DNA from: Flavobacteriaceae bacterium
GTDB lineage: Bacteria > Bacteroidota > Bacteroidia > Flavobacteriales > Flavobacteriaceae
Reading direction: 5' to 3'
Length of the DNA stretch: 64,000 nucleotides
NCBI GenBank assembly: GCA_017857815.1
Contig: JAFMCL010000008.1
Location: 1,774 to 65,773, forward strand
Shown here: positions 1 through 8,505 of the stretch, one piece after another
How positions within the stretch are numbered: position 1 is the first letter of the stretch
Layout: each line of letters begins with the position of its first letter
Made by a program: the position numbers and the translations under genes
The notes under the pieces: model-generated
Seen by the model: only the letters and a program-made list of their open reading frames with translations
The model's database searches: none
What the model was told of the DNA's origin: nothing

Positions 1-15
1 ATATCACTTGGCCAG

Positions 16-534
16 CTATCTAAAATTTTGTGTCGAAAAGCCTTTACCCTCCAAATCAAATGCCAACCCGATTCCCAAAAAAGTAAAATCGCCTAGGATA
101 TTTTTATAATGGGGTGAACTGTTTTTCCAGCCTTGCACCAAGCAGCTACTAAAAGCTTCCTCTGAACGCGTATCTCCACAGCCTGTGATATTTTCAAACC
201 AAGGTGTCATCGCAATGTTTTCAGAAATTCCAACATATTGATTTCCCTTTTTTACCCAAGGATTAATCCCCATTTTTTTTGCACGTGTTATTGGATTAAG
301 TCCCTCGTGGTCTGTATGAGAATAGAACTTGTGTTTTACCATATTCTCACTGTGATGCTGCGCCAAGCGCATCAAGCTGTCAAGAAGTAGTAATTTGGGA
401 AGCCCTTTTTCAACCCTCAAATCATTGGTCTTTTCGAAAATCATTTGTCTCAGAAGGGCGATGTCTTCCTGTGCGCTAGCAAGGTTTTGGTAGATAAATA
501 GAATAAAAAATAATACAATTGTTTTTTTAAACAT
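16..534 (-). CDS. Secreted CAP/SCP (PR-1-like) domain protein
   Basis: ORF 16..573 is trimmed to the ATG at 534. That start gives MFKKTIVLFFILFIYQNLASAQ, a signal peptide. The C-terminal WKNSSPHYKNIL...FLGIGLA region is typical of the CAP domain. A minus-strand -7 box at 571..578 lies inside the longer ORF and argues against the 573 start. Confidence 0.7.
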   Translation of the reverse strand: MFKKTIVLFFILFIYQNLASAQEDIALLRQMIFEKTNDLRVEKGLPKLLLLDSLMRLAQHHSENMVKHKFYSHTDHEGLNPITRAKKMGINPWVKKGNQYVGISENIAMTPWFENITGCGDTRSEEAFSSCLVQGWKNSSPHYKNILGDFTFLGIGLAFDLEGKGFSTQNFR

Positions 535-570
535 AATGAGGTTATTTAAGTAGGGTTGGTATCCTTCGCT

Positions 571-578
571 CAAAATTA
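571..578 (-). promoter_or_regulatory. -7 promoter box (TAATTTTG on minus strand) for the CAP-domain gene
   Basis: Plus-strand caaaatta reverse-complements to TAATTTTG, matching the Bacteroidota sigma-A -7 consensus TAnnTTTG. It lies 37 nt upstream of the ATG at 534. Confidence 0.5.
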
Positions 579-600
579 GACAATTATCATACGGAATCCC

Positions 601-608
601 TACTTTTG
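601..608 (+). promoter_or_regulatory. -7 promoter box (TACTTTTG) for rbfA
   Basis: Exact match to TAnnTTTG. The final G at 608 is 6 nt before the ATG at 615, which implies a leaderless or near-leaderless mRNA. Confidence 0.55.
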
Positions 609-614
609 TTTAAC

Positions 615-1016
615 ATGGCAATAGAAGAAACTCCCAGACAGAAAAAAATTGGAACCGCATTACAGCAAGAAATGGCGAATATGCTACAACAGGCGATACG
701 CGATCAAGGCGTCGCAAATTTAGTACTATCCGTTACAAAGGTTACGGTGACTGTAGACCTTTCTCTCGCAAGAATATACCTTAGTATTTTTCCTAAAAAT
801 AATGCTGATAATTATCTTGAAGGCATAAAAGGAAATGCTTTTCAAATCAAGCATGACATGGCACAACGAATGAAAAATCAGTTGCGCCGCATGCCCGAGT
901 TTTCTTTTTATCTCGATGATTCTCTAGACTATATTGAGGCTATTGACGATGCTCTTAATCGTCCTGAAGACCCCATTAACAATCCAGAAATACTTGCTAA
1001 AAGAAAAAAAATATAA
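615..1016 (+). CDS. rbfA: Ribosome-binding factor A
   Basis: MAIEETPRQKKIGTALQQEMANMLQ...VTKVTVTVDLSLARIYLSIF matches the RbfA family pattern. ATG 615 is preferred over the TTG at 606, which sits inside the -7 box. Confidence 0.9.
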   Translation: MAIEETPRQKKIGTALQQEMANMLQQAIRDQGVANLVLSVTKVTVTVDLSLARIYLSIFPKNNADNYLEGIKGNAFQIKHDMAQRMKNQLRRMPEFSFYLDDSLDYIEAIDDALNRPEDPINNPEILAKRKKI

Positions 1017-1020
1017 TCCA

Positions 1021-2226
1021 ATGAAGGTGGCATTCAAAATTGCATGGCGCTACTTTTTTTCTAAAAGCCGACAAACGATAATCAACCGAATTAATGCCAT
1101 TGCTCTAGTCGTAATCGTCGTTGCCACTGCTTCTCTTTTAGTTGTCTTAAGCGCTTTTTCTGGGCTAAAAGATTTTGGGCTCTCGTTTTCAAATGCTTTT
1201 GATCCTGACCATAGGGTTACTCCTGTTCTGGGGAAAACATTAACCCTCGATTCCATCGCTTTAAACCAGCTTCATTCAATTAGTGAAATAAAAGATTTCG
1301 CCCCAATTCTCGAGGAAAAAGTGTTTTTATCTTTTGAAGAAAAAAACCAAGTTGCTTATCTCAAAGGTGTAGGAAATGATTACCTCAAAGTAATTCCTGG
1401 AGATTCTCTTGTAGCAATCGGCGAATGGCTTGTTCCAGAAACAAATGGTGTGGTTGTTGGTTATGGAATTGCAAGTGCGCTTAGTCTTGGCATATATGAC
1501 TACAGCTCCTTTCTAAACATTAGCATTCCCAGAAATAAAACAAAATCAACATTTGGGAATAGTCCTTTCCAAAGTGTTTCGTCTGTTGTTATTGGACTTT
1601 ATCAAATAAGTGAAGATCTCGACAAGAAGTACGTTTTTACACCTATGGCATTTGCGCAAGAATTACTTCAGTATCCCGAAGGTGTCTATTCGGCAATTGA
1701 ACTCAAAACAAAACCGGAAACCGACATTAAGCAATTAAAGCAAAAAATTGAAAAAATCCTTGGGAAGGAAGTTGTTGTCAGGGACAGAATTCAATTAAAT
1801 GCCGCGCTTTACAAAATGCTAAACACAGAGAATTTGTTTATCTACCTCATCTTTACGCTGGTTCTCATTATTGCTTTCTTTAATGTTGTCGGTGCTTTGA
1901 TCATGATGATCCTTGATAAAAAACCACAAATGCGAATCCTTGTAGCAATGGGGGCTAGACCCAAAAATTTAAGACTAGTTTTCTTTTTATTGGGCATGAT
2001 AATTACGGTCATAGGTGGACTGGTTGGAATAACTTCCGCCAGTATATTGATTGCCATCCAATCTGCGGCTCCGTTTCTTTATGTCCCTGGAACTTCTTTA
2101 CCGTATCCCGTTAGTCTTGAATTTAAAAACCTAATCCTTGTGTTTTTTACACTCGTATTGTTGGGTAGTATTGCCTCCTCGTGGGCCAGCCGTGGTGTTG
2201 GGAGTAAAAGCCTAGGGGAAAATTAA
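1021..2226 (+). CDS. FtsX-like ABC transporter permease (LolC/LolE family)
   Basis: MKVAFKIAWRYFFSKSRQTIINRINAIALVV... has an N-terminal TM segment, a large periplasmic loop and a C-terminal FtsX-type three-TM bundle. The ATG at 1021 is 4 nt after the rbfA stop. The track start at 934 would overlap rbfA. Confidence 0.85.
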   Translation: MKVAFKIAWRYFFSKSRQTIINRINAIALVVIVVATASLLVVLSAFSGLKDFGLSFSNAFDPDHRVTPVLGKTLTLDSIALNQLHSISEIKDFAPILEEKVFLSFEEKNQVAYLKGVGNDYLKVIPGDSLVAIGEWLVPETNGVVVGYGIASALSLGIYDYSSFLNISIPRNKTKSTFGNSPFQSVSSVVIGLYQISEDLDKKYVFTPMAFAQELLQYPEGVYSAIELKTKPETDIKQLKQKIEKILGKEVVVRDRIQLNAALYKMLNTENLFIYLIFTLVLIIAFFNVVGALIMMILDKKPQMRILVAMGARPKNLRLVFFLLGMIITVIGGLVGITSASILIAIQSAAPFLYVPGTSLPYPVSLEFKNLILVFFTLVLLGSIASSWASRGVGSKSLGEN

Positions 2227-3215
2227 ACCCATTCAAGATCTTGAACCTCGTTTAAAACACGATCAAATGCTGCAAAAACATCATTTGCATCATCAGAAGT
2301 TACCATCGCTGTTCGATAAGGTTTAAAATTAGGAATGCCTTTAAAATAGTTGGTATAATGTCTACGAGTTTCCAAAACACCTAAAATTTCACCCTTCCAA
2401 TCGATGGCCATTTCAAGGTGGCGGCGCGCGACGGCAACGCGCTCTTTTAATGTGGGTGGGGAAAGATGTTCTCCTGTCTTTATAAAATGTTTTACCTGGT
2501 TAAAAAACCAAGGATTTCCGATACTAGCCCTTCCAATCATTGCCCCATCAAGCCCATATCGATCTCGCATTTCAATTGCTCTTTCTGGAGAATGAACATC
2601 TCCGTTTCCAAAGATCGGAATATGCATTCTGGGGTTGTTTTTTACTGCAGCAATGGGCGCCCAATCAGCATCTCCTTTGTACATTTGAGCGCGGGTTCTC
2701 CCATGAATTGAGATGGCCTTTGCACCAGCGTCTTGAAGTCTTTCCGCAACCTCAACAATCTTAATTGATTCGTGGTCCCAACCCAATCTGGTTTTGATGG
2801 TTAGCGGCAGGTGGGTTCTTTTAGCCATTTCCTCAGTTAACTTAACCATTAGGGGAATGTCTTTTAGAATTCCAGCCCCAGCGCCTTTGCTAACCACTTT
2901 TTTTACCGGACAACCAAAGTTGATGTCAATAATATCCGGTTTTGATGCCTCGACAATTTCCACGGAGCGCAGCATGGAGTCCAAGTTGGCTCCAAAAATC
3001 TGTATTCCAACAGGACGTTCTTTTTCGTAAATGTCTAATTTTTGAACGCTCTTCGCCGCATCTCTAATTAATCCTTCACTAGAGATAAACTCAGTGTAGA
3101 CTACGTCTGCGCCGTTTTCTTTACAAAGTGCACGAAAGGGCGGATCACTGACATCCTCCATGGGCGCTAGTAAAAGAGGAAATGTTCCAACCGATAAATC
3201 ACCAATTTTAACCAC
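2223..3215 (-). CDS. dusB: tRNA dihydrouridine synthase B
   Basis: 330 aa with LLLAPMEDVSDPPFR, INFGCP and TIKTRLGW...ISIHGRTR motifs of the Dus family. It has a GTG start. Its stop overlaps the convergent permease stop at 2223-2226. Confidence 0.9.
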   Translation of the reverse strand: MVKIGDLSVGTFPLLLAPMEDVSDPPFRALCKENGADVVYTEFISSEGLIRDAAKSVQKLDIYEKERPVGIQIFGANLDSMLRSVEIVEASKPDIIDINFGCPVKKVVSKGAGAGILKDIPLMVKLTEEMAKRTHLPLTIKTRLGWDHESIKIVEVAERLQDAGAKAISIHGRTRAQMYKGDADWAPIAAVKNNPRMHIPIFGNGDVHSPERAIEMRDRYGLDGAMIGRASIGNPWFFNQVKHFIKTGEHLSPPTLKERVAVARRHLEMAIDWKGEILGVLETRRHYTNYFKGIPNFKPYRTAMVTSDDANDVFAAFDRVLNEVQDLEWV

Positions 3216-3228
3216 TTCTATTTTTTTA

Positions 3229-3236
3229 CAAAAGTA
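3229..3236 (-). promoter_or_regulatory. -7 promoter box (TACTTTTG on minus strand) for dusB
   Basis: Plus-strand caaaagta reverse-complements to TACTTTTG. It lies about 14 nt upstream of the GTG start at 3215. Confidence 0.5.
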
Positions 3237-3263
3237 ACAAAAAGACTATCGATAGCAACAAGC

Positions 3264-4133
3264 TTATTTTAAGTCAAAGGTGGTGGTGATATTGCTAACA
3301 AAATCTGTGTCCCAAATTTCGGAAACAACCCCATTGTCTAAATAATAAATTCGCGGTGGAGAATCGCCAATTAGATCAAAAAATTGATTTACATCAATAA
3401 AGTCATACGGAAAAGAGGACTGAGTAAGTGTTTCAAATTCTGAAACTGTCGTTGCACCTTCTTGATAAAAAAGAATATACAGATCCGGAAAGTTTGAGTG
3501 ATTATTCTTGAGTTTTCCTAATTCAACTGCAGCCTCCTGGCAATGTTCACAATCGAGATTAAAAATTGCGACCAAATTTTTACCGTTGGTCAGGTCTACT
3601 CGGCCTTTAGGCTCAAACTTTGTAAACGTTTCAAAAGGGAAGTCCTCGTGGTTGGGCATGGGCAAAATGAACCACATGCTCAAAATGGTGATTGACATAA
3701 ACCCTAAAACAATTGATTTAGAAATCGTTTTAACTTTTGCATATTTAAAAATCACAAAAGCAACAATCAACATTAAAATGTTTTTTATAATCGATTGTTC
3801 GGGTGTCATGGAGATCATTTCGCCAAAACATCCACAATTTCCAGTATCGCCAATAGCCCACAAATAAATCAGGTGGGCAGTAAATCCACCCAATAAAACA
3901 AAAGTAAATCGCATCAATTGTTTGGCGTAGTAAGGCAAAATAATCAATACTCCTAGCCCAAATTCTAGCCCAATAAAAAACCGTGCCATGTACCCAGCGA
4001 GTGCTCTATTGGCAGCAAGTCCTTGGTCCATCAAAGTAATTTCAAAAAAGCCGGGACCAACCGCTTTAGTATAGGCAGAAAATAAAAATGTAACGCCTAA
4101 TAATATTTGAAGAATTCGAGTTAACTGTTTCAT
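3264..4133 (-). CDS. MauE/DoxX-type membrane domain fused to a thioredoxin-like domain
   Basis: The N-terminal half has 4-5 TM helices and a GNCGCFGE motif, as in MauE-type proteins. The C-terminal half has a CEHC (CxxC) motif in a thioredoxin-like context (VAIFNLDCEHCQEAAVEL). Confidence 0.6.
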   Translation of the reverse strand: MKQLTRILQILLGVTFLFSAYTKAVGPGFFEITLMDQGLAANRALAGYMARFFIGLEFGLGVLIILPYYAKQLMRFTFVLLGGFTAHLIYLWAIGDTGNCGCFGEMISMTPEQSIIKNILMLIVAFVIFKYAKVKTISKSIVLGFMSITILSMWFILPMPNHEDFPFETFTKFEPKGRVDLTNGKNLVAIFNLDCEHCQEAAVELGKLKNNHSNFPDLYILFYQEGATTVSEFETLTQSSFPYDFIDVNQFFDLIGDSPPRIYYLDNGVVSEIWDTDFVSNITTTFDLK

Positions 4134-4201
4134 ATCGTAATAAATTTCCTTGTTAAAATTAACTTTTCTAAACTAAACAAAAAAGCAACCTTACAAATAA
4201 G

Positions 4202-4209
4202 TATCTTTG
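4202..4209 (+). promoter_or_regulatory. -7 promoter box (TATCTTTG) for lepA
   Basis: Exact TAnnTTTG match, 24 nt upstream of the lepA ATG at 4233. Confidence 0.55.
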
Positions 4210-4232
4210 CGTCCTATAGATGAAATGAGTTG

Positions 4233-6029
4233 ATGAAACACATCCGAAATTTTTGCATAATTGCCCATATCGATCACGGAAAAAGCACTCTTGCTGATCG
4301 TCTGTTAGACGCAACAGGAGCTGTAACTGATCGTGAAAAACAAAACCAATTGCTTGATAACATGGATTTGGAACGCGAACGGGGTATTACCATTAAATCC
4401 CATGCAATTCAAATGGAATATAACTACAAGGGAGAAACATACGTTTTCAACCTTATAGACACTCCGGGTCACGTAGACTTTTCCTATGAGGTTTCCCGAT
4501 CAATTGCTGCTTGTGAAGGTGCCCTTTTGGTCGTCGATGCTGCGCAAAGCATTCAGGCACAGACAATTTCAAACCTTTATTTGGCTCTTGAAAATGATTT
4601 GGAAATTATTCCTGTGCTGAATAAAATTGATCTTCCTTCTGCAAACCCTGAAGAGGTTACTGACGATATTGTCGATCTTTTGGGATGTAAACCTGAGGAT
4701 ATTATTCCGGCCTCTGCTAAAACAGGCTTAGGAATCGAAGAAATACTCAATGCAATCGTAGAAAGGGTTCCTGCCCCAAAAGGAAACATAGACGCTCCTT
4801 TACAAGCCCTTATTTTTGATTCTGTATATAATTCTTTTCGAGGGGTTGAAACTTACTTTAGAGTGATTAACGGGCAAATTAGGAAAGGACAAAAAATAAA
4901 ATTTATTGCCACGGGCAAAAGTTATTTTGCTGACGAAATTGGTACTTTAAAATTAAAACAAGATCCTAAAAAAGTAATCTCTGCCGGCGATGTAGGCTAC
5001 CTCATCACGGGAATCAAAGAAGCAAAAGAGGTTAAAGTTGGAGATACTCTAACAGATACTGACCACCCAACCACCGAAATAGTTGCTGGATTTGAAGAGG
5101 TCAAGCCAATGGTTTTTGCAGGTATTTATCCTGTGGATACCGAGGAGTATGAAGACCTGAGGTCTAGTATGGAAAAGCTCCAGCTCAACGATGCTTCCCT
5201 CGTTTTTTTACCCGAAAGTTCGGCAGCACTAGGATTTGGTTTTCGATGTGGTTTCCTTGGAATGCTTCATTTAGAAATAATTCAAGAACGATTAGAGCGT
5301 GAGTTTGACATGACTGTTATCACTACCGTTCCAAATGTTTCCTATCATGCCTTTACTCGAAAAAATCCTGATACGATTATTCCCGTTAACAATCCTTCTG
5401 ACTTGCCTGATCCTTCTTTTATGGAGCGCGTTGAAGAGCCCTATATCAAGGCTTCGATCATTACAAAAGCAGATTTTGTTGGCAATGTGATGTCTTTGTG
5501 TATTGAAAAAAGAGGGGTGATTACCAATCAAACCTATCTAACGACCGAGCGTGTTGAGCTAAGTTTTGATATGCCTTTGGCAGAAATTGTTTTTGATTTT
5601 TATGATCGACTTAAAACCGTTTCGAAGGGCTATGCTTCTTTTGACTATACGCCGATCGGAATGCGAGCCTCAAAATTAGTTAAAGTTGATATTTTACTTA
5701 ATGCGACTCCTGTAGATGCTCTATCCGCCTTAATTCACGCGGACAATGCTTATAACATTGGGAAAAAAATGTGCGAAAAGCTCAGAGAGCTAATCCCAAG
5801 GCAACAGTTTGACATCCCAATCCAAGCAGCTATTGGTGCCAAAATTATTTCTCGTGAAACAATCAAAGCACTTCGTAAAGATGTTACGGCAAAGTGTTAT
5901 GGTGGTGATATTTCCCGAAAAAGAAAACTACTTGAGAAACAGAAAAAAGGTAAAAAGAAAATGCGTCAAGTGGGAAATGTAGAAATTCCTCAGCAAGCGT
6001 TTATGGCCGTTTTAAAGTTGAATGATTAA
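4233..6029 (+). CDS. lepA: Translation elongation factor 4 (LepA)
   Basis: [33 protein letters not shown] and NKIDL GTPase motifs, plus the conserved C-terminal [24 protein letters not shown]. Confidence 0.97.
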   Translation: MKHIRNFCIIAHIDHGKSTLADRLLDATGAVTDREKQNQLLDNMDLERERGITIKSHAIQMEYNYKGETYVFNLIDTPGHVDFSYEVSRSIAACEGALLVVDAAQSIQAQTISNLYLALENDLEIIPVLNKIDLPSANPEEVTDDIVDLLGCKPEDIIPASAKTGLGIEEILNAIVERVPAPKGNIDAPLQALIFDSVYNSFRGVETYFRVINGQIRKGQKIKFIATGKSYFADEIGTLKLKQDPKKVISAGDVGYLITGIKEAKEVKVGDTLTDTDHPTTEIVAGFEEVKPMVFAGIYPVDTEEYEDLRSSMEKLQLNDASLVFLPESSAALGFGFRCGFLGMLHLEIIQERLEREFDMTVITTVPNVSYHAFTRKNPDTIIPVNNPSDLPDPSFMERVEEPYIKASIITKADFVGNVMSLCIEKRGVITNQTYLTTERVELSFDMPLAEIVFDFYDRLKTVSKGYASFDYTPIGMRASKLVKVDILLNATPVDALSALIHADNAYNIGKKMCEKLRELIPRQQFDIPIQAAIGAKIISRETIKALRKDVTAKCYGGDISRKRKLLEKQKKGKKKMRQVGNVEIPQQAFMAVLKLND

Positions 6030-6891
6030 ATTTACTCCTATTAAACCGCATCTTAAGCTTTCTGTTTTTTATCTTTTGTGTTTAACTCAGCATCTGTTTG
6101 CTCAAATCCCTGAGTCTACAGTTGAGGGGCAAAAAGTTCCCCAATCACAAATTAAAAAAAAGGGTAAACTCTATTTTTATTGGGGTTGGAATAGGGGTGC
6201 ATATTCCAAATCTGACCTCCGGTTTAAGGGAGAAGGTTATGATTTTACGCTCAATGATGTTGTTGCAAAAGATCGGCAGACAAAGTTTAGCCTGGACAGT
6301 TATCTAAATCCTGGAAATATAACACTACCTCAATTTAATGCTCGAATAGGATATTTCTTTAAAAACAATTGGGACATCTCCGTTGGTACAGATCACATGA
6401 AATATGTCGTTCAGACACAACAAACAGTAAGGATTTCAGGAAACATAAACAACTCCAATTCTCCATATAACGGATCGTACAACAATGATGACATTGTGTT
6501 GACTGAAGACTTCTTGTCTTTTGAACACACCGATGGTCTTAACTTTGTAAGTGCTGAAATCAAACGTTTTGATAATATTCTTGATTTAAATAAAGTTCAA
6601 GTCAACCTAACGGAAGGTTTCGGTTTAGGGTTTCTCCTCCCAAGAACCAATTCAATGCTGTTAAGCAAAGAACGATATGACGCGTATCATTTGTCTGGTT
6701 ATGGAATCAGCTCAATGGTCGGTCTTAACTTTTCTTTTTTTGAAAAATTCTTCGTCCAGACTGAGTTCAAGGGCGGGTACATTAGTATGCCCAATATTAG
6801 GACGACAAACTCCAAAGCGGACAGCGCCAGTCAGGGATTCTTTTTTAGAGAAATTACATTATTATTTGGTGGTATAATCAACCTTAATTAA
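6022..6891 (+). CDS. Hypothetical exported protein, probable outer-membrane beta-barrel
   Basis: Has a signal-like N-terminus ([16 protein letters not shown]), alternating aromatic and hydrophilic strands, and ends in ...[10 protein letters not shown]. Its ATG overlaps the lepA stop (ATGATTAA). I do not recognise a named family. Confidence 0.5.
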   Translation: MIKFTPIKPHLKLSVFYLLCLTQHLFAQIPESTVEGQKVPQSQIKKKGKLYFYWGWNRGAYSKSDLRFKGEGYDFTLNDVVAKDRQTKFSLDSYLNPGNITLPQFNARIGYFFKNNWDISVGTDHMKYVVQTQQTVRISGNINNSNSPYNGSYNNDDIVLTEDFLSFEHTDGLNFVSAEIKRFDNILDLNKVQVNLTEGFGLGFLLPRTNSMLLSKERYDAYHLSGYGISSMVGLNFSFFEKFFVQTEFKGGYISMPNIRTTNSKADSASQGFFFREITLLFGGIINLN

Positions 6892-6942
6892 AGGGCTTTA
6901 AAGCAATTGTACAGTGCGTTTTTTTAATCCCATCGCTTTTAG

Positions 6943-6950
6943 TAATTTTG
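6943..6950 (+). promoter_or_regulatory. -7 promoter box (TAATTTTG)
   Basis: Exact TAnnTTTG match, 10-19 nt upstream of the TTG candidates at 6961 and 6970. Confidence 0.45.
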
Positions 6951-6960
6951 TTTTACTTAC

Positions 6961-7344
6961 TTGCAAATCTTGAAAAAAACAACCTGTCTCATTCTTTTAA
7001 GTGTTTTTTGCTTTTCACTGTTAAAGCCTATCTTACCCTATTTTGAATATGTTTTAGATTATGACTATATCGCCACAATTCTTTGTATAAATAATGAAAA
7101 ACCTGAATTAAAGTGTAATGGAAAGTGCTATTTAAAGGATCAGCTATCCAAAGTAAACAATAGCGGTGAAAAGGACAATCAAAGCCGGCCCAAAATTGAA
7201 TTTAAAAAGTTTGTTTTCAATGAATATAATTCTTTTAGGTTAAATGGCGTTTATCGATTATTAGATAAAAAAAGGGTTTGGATACTTCCAATTTCTATCT
7301 ATTCGAGTTGGTTAAAAACCATTGTCCCTCCTCCCAAAAGTTAG
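6961..7344 (+). CDS. Hypothetical small membrane or exported protein with a Cys-rich motif
   Basis: TTG start at 6961 or in-frame at 6970. It has an N-terminal hydrophobic segment followed by LCINNEKPELKCNGKCYL. No family recognised. Confidence 0.4.
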   Translation: MQILKKTTCLILLSVFCFSLLKPILPYFEYVLDYDYIATILCINNEKPELKCNGKCYLKDQLSKVNNSGEKDNQSRPKIEFKKFVFNEYNSFRLNGVYRLLDKKRVWILPISIYSSWLKTIVPPPKS

Positions 7345-7417
7345 TTAAACCAATCGTTTGCCTTTCAGTGGGCAATGAAATTCTTACATCACTTTCGGTT
7401 TAATTAATCACTAAATA

Positions 7418-8452
7418 ATGAAAAAAAAACTTTTACCTATTTTCGGGTTACTACTGCTTGTTAGCACCCCTAATCTTGCACAAGACAATTTATGGAGTTC
7501 ATCAAGACCTGATGGTCATGCTCCAATAAGCGTGATGGGAGACCACCTTCACAAGAAAGGAGAGTTTATGCTATCCTATCGATTCATGCAGATGAAAATG
7601 GAAGGCAACCTCTCTTCATCGGAAAGCATAAGCAATTTGGATATATATCAAAACTATATGGTTGCTCCTCAGGCAATGCACATGAAAATGCACATGTTAG
7701 GTTTCATGTTTGCACCTTCAAACAAGCTTACCCTTATGTTAATGTTTAATTTCCTTAACAATGACATGGATCTAAAAACAAAAATTGGGGTCGATTTTAC
7801 AACAAAATCTTCTGGTTTTAGCGATCTAAAGTTTGGCGGTTTGCTCAAGCTGTGGAACAAAAACAAACAGACTTTACATGCTAATTTTGGACTGTCCCTC
7901 CCGACAGGAAATATTGATCAGCGCGATGATACTCCTATGATGGCAAACTCCCCTTTGGCCTATTCCATGCAGTTAGGGAGTGGCACAGTTGATCCGTTTC
8001 TGGGAGGAACTTATTTGGGTCAGGGAAATAAAAGCTCATGGGGAATTCAGTCTGTTTTTGATTTTAAGTTGGGTGAAAATGCTGAGAGCTACACAAGAGG
8101 GAATCGATTTAATTTTATCAGTTGGTACTCTCTTAAATTAACACAAAATATTAGTGTTTCCAGCAGTTTAAGCTATTCAAAAATTACAAAAATAAAAGGG
8201 AAAGATCCTGATCTAAATCCAATGATGATGCCTTTATTTAATTCTTTAAACTCTGGCAGGACACAATTCGATTTAGGGTTGGGAACTAATTTATACTTCC
8301 CAAAACTTAAAGGAATACGATTCAGTGCTGAAGTAAAGAAACCACTAAGCCAAAGCGTAAGTGGTATCCAAATGAAAAACAAACTTTGCGCTGTTTTTGG
8401 GGTTCAATATGCTTTTGCAAATAAAAGCAAAGCACCCGAGAAAAAGTTGTAA
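7418..8452 (+). CDS. Outer-membrane beta-barrel protein with a Met/His-rich N-terminal third
   Basis: Signal peptide ends in NLAQ. The motif RPDGHAPISVMGDHLHKKGEFMLSYRFMQMKMEG, together with MHMKMHMLGFMF and PMMMPLF, resembles flavobacterial proteins annotated as 'transporter'. The barrel ends in an aromatic-rich strand (FGVQYAF). Confidence 0.55.
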   Translation: MKKKLLPIFGLLLLVSTPNLAQDNLWSSSRPDGHAPISVMGDHLHKKGEFMLSYRFMQMKMEGNLSSSESISNLDIYQNYMVAPQAMHMKMHMLGFMFAPSNKLTLMLMFNFLNNDMDLKTKIGVDFTTKSSGFSDLKFGGLLKLWNKNKQTLHANFGLSLPTGNIDQRDDTPMMANSPLAYSMQLGSGTVDPFLGGTYLGQGNKSSWGIQSVFDFKLGENAESYTRGNRFNFISWYSLKLTQNISVSSSLSYSKITKIKGKDPDLNPMMMPLFNSLNSGRTQFDLGLGTNLYFPKLKGIRFSAEVKKPLSQSVSGIQMKNKLCAVFGVQYAFANKSKAPEKKL

Positions 8453-8456
8453 GCCC

Positions 8457-8487
8457 AATGGCGGTTAAAAATAATTTAACCGCCATT
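8457..8487. terminator. Bidirectional intrinsic terminator hairpin
   Basis: aatggcggttaaa (8457-8469) pairs perfectly with tttaaccgccatt (8475-8487) across a 5-nt loop. It lies between two convergent genes (stops at 8452 and 8506), and T and A runs flank it. Confidence 0.75.
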
Positions 8488-8505
8488 AATTTTATAGCCC
8501 AAATA

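Noticed and set aside
934-1020. N-terminal extensions of track ORFs. The affected starts are 934 for the permease, 573 for the CAP gene, 21346 for rnr, 29054 for ybeY, 33464 for pgk, 42254 for DUF4254, 61622 for dprA and 63906 for trpS.
   Set aside because: Each extension overlaps the upstream gene or contains the gene's own TAnnTTTG -7 box. In each case a downstream start gives an N-terminus typical of the family. rnr is the exception: no exact TAnnTTTG box lies in its upstream tract, so 21418 is preferred only because 21346 sits inside the AT-rich tract. The rnr and SulP2 starts remain uncertain.
3246-3255. The 10-bp palindrome CTATCGATAG upstream of dusB as an operator.
   Set aside because: Perfect 10-bp palindromes are expected dozens of times by chance in 64 kb. 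I saw no second copy.
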